DNA from: Gemmatimonadota bacterium
Lineage (GTDB): Bacteria > Gemmatimonadota > Gemmatimonadetes > Gemmatimonadales > GWC2-71-9
DNA length: 64,000 bases
Direction of reading: 5' to 3'
Assembly (NCBI GenBank): GCA_041486305.1
Contig: JBGPLG010000009.1
Location: 1,639-65,638, forward strand
The notes beneath the pieces were generated by a model. The model did not search any database, was not told where the DNA came from, and was given only the letters and a program-made list of their open reading frames with translations. Shown here in pieces: positions 59,099 through 64,000 of the stretch (the stretch's first letter is position 1; every line of letters starts with the position of its first letter). A program made the translations under genes and the position numbers.

Positions 59099-60037
59099 CT
59101 ACTTCACCACGCGGTCCAGGCGCCGCACCGCGGCCAGGATGGTCCCGACCGCCCGCCCGAAAAAGGCGGGCGTGATCGTTTCGGGGTCGTCGGTGGGCTG
59201 GTGGTAGTCCTTGTGATCCTCGACGCCGAAGTAGACGAAGGGAATCCCGGCCGCGTGGAACGGGCCGTGATCCGAGTCATTGGTCCAGTCCTGCTGACCC
59301 GCCACGCCGGTGCGGTCGTGCCCGAAGCGGAGGCGCACCGGCGCCACCGCCGCCACCGAGTCGAGCACCGGGCGCAGCGCCGGCGTCTGGGCGGTGCCTG
59401 CGGCCCACAGCTCGCCGCTGTCGCTGTGACTTACCATGTCGAGATTCACGTTCAGGGCGATTGCCGGCACCGGGACCGGCCGGGCCGCCAGGAACGCCCG
59501 GGCGCCGCGCAGCCCCCCTTCCTCGCCGTCCAGCAGCGCGATGACCACCGAGTGCTCGAGCGGGGCCCGCAGGAGGGATTCGGCGATCGCCAGCACGGCG
59601 GCGGTGCCCGAGGCGTTGTCGTCGGCGCCGTTGTAGATCTGGCCCCGGATGATCCCCACATGGTCGTAGTGGGCGGTGAGCACGATGTACCGCCCGGGAT
59701 CGCGGGTCCCGCGGATCAGGCCCAGCAGGTTCACGCCGTGGAGGGAGTCCGTCACCGTGAAGGCTTCCTCATAGCCGGCGCCGAGAGGCGCGAGGCCCAG
59801 CGCCGCCAGACGCCGCAGGAGATAGGACCGGGCGCGCGCCCCGCCGGGCGAGCCGAGCCGACGGCCTTCCATCGAATCCGCCGCGAGGACCCGCACCGTG
59901 GCCATCAGCCCGGCCGTGTCGACCGCGGCGACGCCCTGGGCCAGGGCGGGGCGCGCGAGACCACCGCCCCCGAGCGCAAGCGCGCCGGCCACGAGGCCGG
60001 CGCGCTGAAGGACGATGCGTCGGGTGGAGACGATCAA
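59099..60037 (-). CDS. M28 family metallopeptidase, exported
   Basis: AHYDHVG, NGADDNASG, GEEGGLRG, NLDM, SDHGPF, YHQPTD. Confidence 0.92.
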   Translation of the reverse strand: MIVSTRRIVLQRAGLVAGALALGGGGLARPALAQGVAAVDTAGLMATVRVLAADSMEGRRLGSPGGARARSYLLRRLAALGLAPLGAGYEEAFTVTDSLHGVNLLGLIRGTRDPGRYIVLTAHYDHVGIIRGQIYNGADDNASGTAAVLAIAESLLRAPLEHSVVIALLDGEEGGLRGARAFLAARPVPVPAIALNVNLDMVSHSDSGELWAAGTAQTPALRPVLDSVAAVAPVRLRFGHDRTGVAGQQDWTNDSDHGPFHAAGIPFVYFGVEDHKDYHQPTDDPETITPAFFGRAVGTILAAVRRLDRVVK

Positions 60038-60636
60038 GGCTTGGTGAGCCGCTTGGTCTTGACCAGAATGGCGCCGCCCTCATGCCCGGAGCCGTACCGC
60101 CCCGACGCCTCGGTGCCGCCCATGTAGCGGATCTCGACCAGGTCCGCCGCCCGCATGTTCTTCATCTCCTCCACGTTTTCCTGCTTCACGTCGTCGAAAT
60201 ACAGCACCGGCATCAGCGAGCTGCTGGCGCCGCCCGACGAGCCGCCGTAGGGGCTGCTGGCGCCCGAGCCGGTTTCCGTGCCGCTGGGCTTGTAGGGATC
60301 GGGACCGGCCGAGGGAGCGCCGGGGCTGGGCGGCGGCGCCTCCCCGCCCAGCGAATGCAGGTCGATCTTGGGACGATCCCCGCTGTAGGAGCCCGTAGCG
60401 GACATGCTGCCCCGGGCCCGGGTCGGTTTCAGGAAGTTGGGACGCAGCAGCCGGACCGCGTCATAGGCGTTGTTGATGTCCGGCCGCTCGGCGATCTCGT
60501 CGGCGGTGAGGACGTACTTGTCCCGCTTCACCTTGGCCGGCGGCTTGATCTCGACTTCCTGGGCCCGGAGCGGCGTGACGAGCGTGACGGCCACCGCACC
60601 GGCCAGCGCGAGTGCGGTCCAACGGACAATGCGCAT
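60034..60636 (-). CDS. Exported stand-alone TonB plug-like protein with a Gly/Ser/Pro insert
   Basis: GGAGGA RBS; signal peptide; VLTADEI...NAYDAVRLLRP; EIRYMGGTEASGRYG...GGAILVKTK, then stop. Confidence 0.7.
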   Translation of the reverse strand: MRIVRWTALALAGAVAVTLVTPLRAQEVEIKPPAKVKRDKYVLTADEIAERPDINNAYDAVRLLRPNFLKPTRARGSMSATGSYSGDRPKIDLHSLGGEAPPPSPGAPSAGPDPYKPSGTETGSGASSPYGGSSGGASSSLMPVLYFDDVKQENVEEMKNMRAADLVEIRYMGGTEASGRYGSGHEGGAILVKTKRLTKP

Positions 60637-60689
60637 AGATCCTCCTGGATCGGAAGCCTGCTGGAACGTACCGCCCGGGACGGAGGGGG

Positions 60690-62738
60690 TCAACGCGATC
60701 GGATTTCGATCCGCCGGATGACCTCGCCTTCCCGTAACTCATCCAGCAGATCCATCCCCGACACGACCCGCCCCCACACGGTGTACTCGAAGTCCAGCCG
60801 GGGATTGTCCACCAGGTTGACGAAGATCTGGCCGTCGCCGGTATCGCGTCCCCGGGTGGAGACGCCCAGCGTCCCGCGCCGATGGGAGAGCGGGCCGAGC
60901 TCGTCCCGCAGGTAGGGACCGTCCCCGGCATACTCGTTGGCCCCGGGACTCCCGCCCTGCAGCACGAAGTTGGGGACCACCCGGTGGAAGGTGAGCCCGT
61001 CGAAGTATCCCCGCCGCACCAGGCGGGCCAGCCGGACCACGGTCACCGGCGCCTCGTCGAGGTCGAGCATCACATCGACGACGCCCGCATCCAGGGTGAG
61101 CCGGAACAGCTTGCCACGCAGGGCATCCGCCTCGTCCGGCGAGACCGGGGCGGGAGGGATGGGTCGCGCCGCCGCGTGGTGGACCCGCCCGGTCCAGGCC
61201 GTGAGCGTCACCGCCGCGGACTCGGCGACCACCGGATCGAAATCCCGGAGGAAGGGCCGCAGCCCGCTCGCGAAGCGGGAGCTTCCCAGCTCATGCACCC
61301 GGGTGAGCAGGGCCACGCGCGCGTCGCGGGAGGTTTCTCGCTTCTCCCCGGTGGCGCGGTCCAGGGCGCGCAGCAGCGCGACCGTCCCCTCCTCCCGGGC
61401 CGGGCTGCCGGCCAGCGCCACGGCGGCGCCCAGGAGCAGCTGGCCATCGGTCGCGGCGAGCGCCGCGCGGTACACGCTGTCGGCGGCGTGCCCGCTCACG
61501 GCGCCGAGCCCGGCGATGGCGGCCTCGCGCACGTTGGCGACGGTGTCGGCGGCCAGGCGGAGCAGCGCCGCGGTGTCCTTGATCTGCGCCGCGGCGCGCG
61601 CGGCGTACATCCGCGATTGCCACACCGGGAGGGCCGCGGCCTCCGTCAGCGCCGCCCGCGCGCGCTCCGGGGCGGCGCGGGCCAGGGCCACCACCGCGTG
61701 GGCCGGGCGATGCCAGCTCTCCCCGGGCGCGCCGGATGCGGCCGAGGCGAGGAGCCGCACCGAGGTGGAATCGCCGCCGCACCCGGCCAGCAGGTCGATC
61801 GCCGCCAGGGAGACCGCGAAGGCGCGGTCCAGGGCCGCGGACCCCAGACGGGAACAGGCGCCGGTTCCCCCCTGGCGGGCCAGCGCCCGGAGCGCCTCGA
61901 TCCGCACCATCGCGGCGCGGTCCCGGAGCGCCGCGTCGAGCAGCCGGTCCCGCTCGGCGCCGCCGGGAATCCCCCCGAGACCGGTGGCCGCGAGGCGGCG
62001 GCTCTGGGGATCGGCCGACGCCAGCATGCGGCCGACCGAGCCGGAATCGGGGATCTGCGCGGCGAGGAGGGCGCCGAGGCCGTGGCGCCGGGTCGCCTCG
62101 TCGGGCGACGTAGCGACGATCGCCCGCAGCCGGGCGACCAGCTCGCTGCCCGGGGCGACCCGCCGCCAGGTGGCCCGGACCAGGAGCTCCAGCCCGCGCG
62201 CCGCATCGCGGGCGGCGTCCCGGTCTGCTCCGGCGGCGCGCGCCAAGGTCAGCAGAGTCTCCCCCGCGGAGCCGATTTCCTCCGCGGTGAGATAAGGCAG
62301 ACGTCCGAGGGACATCGCCAGGGTCCCGGCGACCGGCGGGTCCCGCTCGAGGGCGGCTCGCGCGGAGAGCGCCGAGACGATCTCCTTCCACGCGGCGCCC
62401 CGGTGGGAGAGCGACGAATCCCCCCGGAATCCCTGCGCCGCCTGGGCCAGCGCCTCGGCCGCCTGCGCACGGACGCTCGCCGAGGAATGACCCAACCAGG
62501 GCGTCAGCACCGCCGCGACGCCGGGCCGCTCCAGCCGGCCCAGCGCTCGGATCGACTGGAGCACCACCGCGGTGTCCGGGTGGCGCAGGCCTCGGGTCAG
62601 GAGGGAACGGTCCGTTTCCGAGGGGGCGCGGCGGTCTTCCACCTGGAGGATCCTCGCTCGGAGGGATCCGTCCGACTGGGCCGCCGCGGTGCGCGCGCCG
62701 AGGGTGAAAAGGAGGCCGACGGTCAAAAGGGGGCGCAT
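60690..62738 (-). CDS. Exported HEAT-repeat plus cyclophilin-type PPIase
   Basis: Signal peptide; VRAQAAEAL, VRIEALRAL and VREAAIAGL repeats; GYFDGLTFHRVVPNFVLQGG, DTGDGQIFVNL. Confidence 0.9.
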   Translation of the reverse strand: MRPLLTVGLLFTLGARTAAAQSDGSLRARILQVEDRRAPSETDRSLLTRGLRHPDTAVVLQSIRALGRLERPGVAAVLTPWLGHSSASVRAQAAEALAQAAQGFRGDSSLSHRGAAWKEIVSALSARAALERDPPVAGTLAMSLGRLPYLTAEEIGSAGETLLTLARAAGADRDAARDAARGLELLVRATWRRVAPGSELVARLRAIVATSPDEATRRHGLGALLAAQIPDSGSVGRMLASADPQSRRLAATGLGGIPGGAERDRLLDAALRDRAAMVRIEALRALARQGGTGACSRLGSAALDRAFAVSLAAIDLLAGCGGDSTSVRLLASAASGAPGESWHRPAHAVVALARAAPERARAALTEAAALPVWQSRMYAARAAAQIKDTAALLRLAADTVANVREAAIAGLGAVSGHAADSVYRAALAATDGQLLLGAAVALAGSPAREEGTVALLRALDRATGEKRETSRDARVALLTRVHELGSSRFASGLRPFLRDFDPVVAESAAVTLTAWTGRVHHAAARPIPPAPVSPDEADALRGKLFRLTLDAGVVDVMLDLDEAPVTVVRLARLVRRGYFDGLTFHRVVPNFVLQGGSPGANEYAGDGPYLRDELGPLSHRRGTLGVSTRGRDTGDGQIFVNLVDNPRLDFEYTVWGRVVSGMDLLDELREGEVIRRIEIRSR

Positions 62739-62867
62739 GAGGTGCTTTCCGAGGGAAAATCGAGTTTTTCCCTATTGTGTCCCGGGAGAAGATGCTTAAC
62801 TTTTCCTTCCGGGTACTTCGTTGCGCCCCCGCAGGTCACGTACAGACCCTCGACAGGAGACTCATCG

Positions 62868-63182
62868 ATGGCGAAGAAAAAGGCCGCTAAGAAGTCCGCG
62901 AAGAGGAAAGTCGCCAAGAAGGCCGGCAAGCGGAAGCCGAGTGCGGCGTTCATGAAGCCGATGCAGCCCGACGCGGCGCTCAGCGAAGTCGTCGGCTCCA
63001 AGCCGATTCCCCGGACCGAAGTCACCAAGAAGCTCTGGCAGTACATCAAGCGGAAGGGCCTCCAGGACAAGAAGAATCGCCGGAACATCAACGCCGATGC
63101 GGCGCTCAAGGCGGTCTTCGGCGGCAAGGGCACCGTGAACATGTTCGAGATGACCAAGCTGGTGTCCAAGCACATGAAGTAG
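62868..63182 (+). CDS. SWIB/MDM2 domain protein with a Lys/Ala-rich N-terminal tail
   Basis: AGGAG RBS; MAKKKAAKKSAKRKVAKK; PRTEVTKKLWQYIKRKGLQD, INADAALKAVF, MFEMTKLVSKH. Confidence 0.93.
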   Translation: MAKKKAAKKSAKRKVAKKAGKRKPSAAFMKPMQPDAALSEVVGSKPIPRTEVTKKLWQYIKRKGLQDKKNRRNINADAALKAVFGGKGTVNMFEMTKLVSKHMK

Positions 63183-63205
63183 GCCGTTCCCCAGGGAATG
63201 CCGAG

Positions 63206-63238
63206 AGGGCCGGGCCAACAGGCCCGGCCCTTTCGCTT
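63206..63238 (+). terminator. Intrinsic terminator
   Basis: AGGGCCGGGCC-AACA-GGCCCGGCCCT followed by TTCGCTT, between convergent genes. Confidence 0.8.
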
Positions 63239-63254
63239 CCGGCCCGGTCGAGTT

Positions 63255-64000
63255 TCAGGATTCCCGGGCGAGCGGAGGCAGCCGGTCCATCCAGGGACGG
63301 GCCCGCTCCAGCTGCGCCGCGAGGCGGTACAGCGTGGCCTCGTCACCGAAGCGCCCCACGAAATGCATTCCGATCGGCAGACCGGCCGCGCTGCGACAGA
63401 GCGGGACCGACATCGCCGGCTGCCCGGTGGCGTTGATCACCGGAGTCCAGGGAATGAATTCGAAGACCCGGTCGGCGGTCTGTTCGAGGATCCCCGCCGC
63501 CCGGAGCACCCTCCCGGCGCGCAGCGCCCCCATCACCGCGAGCAGCACCCGCTCCCGCGCGGTGGGCTGGAGCGCGCCGGTCAGGAGCGGGGGCGCTGCG
63601 GTCGTCGGGGTCAGCAGCAGGTCGTGTCGCTCGAAGAAGGGGGCGAGTTCCCGCGCGGTCCGTTGCAGCAGCCGGATCGCCTGGGAGAACTGCGACGCGG
63701 GCAGCGCCCGGCCCAGCAGCATGAGCGCCCAGGTGGCCGGCTCAAAGTCCCGGCGGCGGCCCCGGCGTCCCAGCACCCGCTCGGCGTCCGCGATGTCGCC
63801 CGCCAGCTCGGCGGTGATCATGGTCAGGAAGGCGCGGGCGAAGGCCCGCCCGTCGAATGCCGGTGTCGCTTCCTCGAGGTGATGGCCCAGCCCCTCCAGG
63901 AAGCGTGCGGTGTCCCGAAGCGCCCCGGCGCATTCCGGATGCACCGTGCCGCCCAGCCAGGGCCGGTCGGTGAATGCGATGCGGAGCCGGCCCGGCTCCC
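63255..64000 (-). CDS. Amidase signature family protein, C-terminal part (5' end beyond the window)
   Basis: DLLLTPT, NATGQPAMSVP, GLPIGMHFVGRFGDEATLYRLAAQLE..PW. Confidence 0.9.
   Translation of the reverse strand, partial: EPGRLRIAFTDRPWLGGTVHPECAGALRDTARFLEGLGHHLEEATPAFDGRAFARAFLTMITAELAGDIADAERVLGRRGRRRDFEPATWALMLLGRALPASQFSQAIRLLQRTARELAPFFERHDLLLTPTTAAPPLLTGALQPTARERVLLAVMGALRAGRVLRAAGILEQTADRVFEFIPWTPVINATGQPAMSVPLCRSAAGLPIGMHFVGRFGDEATLYRLAAQLERARPWMDRLPPLARES

Noticed and set aside
4193-63182. Apparent giant or fused proteins in the ORF track (4193-5782, 13504-15408, 22006-24573, 53390-55660, 54604-56160, 55365-57305, 56399-58633, 60882-63182)
   Set aside because: The N-terminal extensions are open frames overlapping neighbouring genes; true starts are at internal ATGA/GTGA overlaps or RBS/promoter-supported codons
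1-64000. tRNA, rRNA, prophage, IS or defence systems
   Set aside because: No cloverleaf or rRNA signatures and no integrase, transposase, phage or nuclease motifs were recognised by eye

Overview
High-GC bacterial chromosomal window, densely coding (about 55 genes). The gene families suggest Gemmatimonadota, which is an inference and not a taxonomic test. No rRNA, tRNA, CRISPR array, integrase or transposase was recognised. Content: a partial RND pump; a potABCD-type polyamine ABC transporter; a Tat-exported GMC oxidase plus TIM-barrel cluster (3-ketoglycoside-type pathway); a symporter-nucleotidyltransferase-GHMP kinase sugar-salvage operon; ada; two class III aminotransferases; two exported amidohydrolases; three Vps10/BNR propeller paralogs (one frameshifted); an ATP-grasp plus LLM monooxygenase operon; an ACAD10/11 (Lva)-like module; coaA; a SWIB protein; and a partial amidase. 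Three signals are not explained by the gene list. (1) An unannotated, apparently leaderless 33-codon Cys/Met leader ORF (51791-51892) with a terminator/antiterminator sits in front of the ATP-grasp plus SfnG-like monooxygenase operon, a candidate sulfur-amino-acid-sensing attenuator. (2) A dispersed, polarised family of octamer tandem repeats (GASGCTAV and its reverse complement) sits at gene boundaries, forms inverted pairs and has invaded coding ends. (3) There are probable non-canonical starts (ATT for potD, CTG for the GHMP kinase) and many leaderless TANNNT-N6-8-ATG promoters. All calls come from reading motifs by eye; no database search was run.
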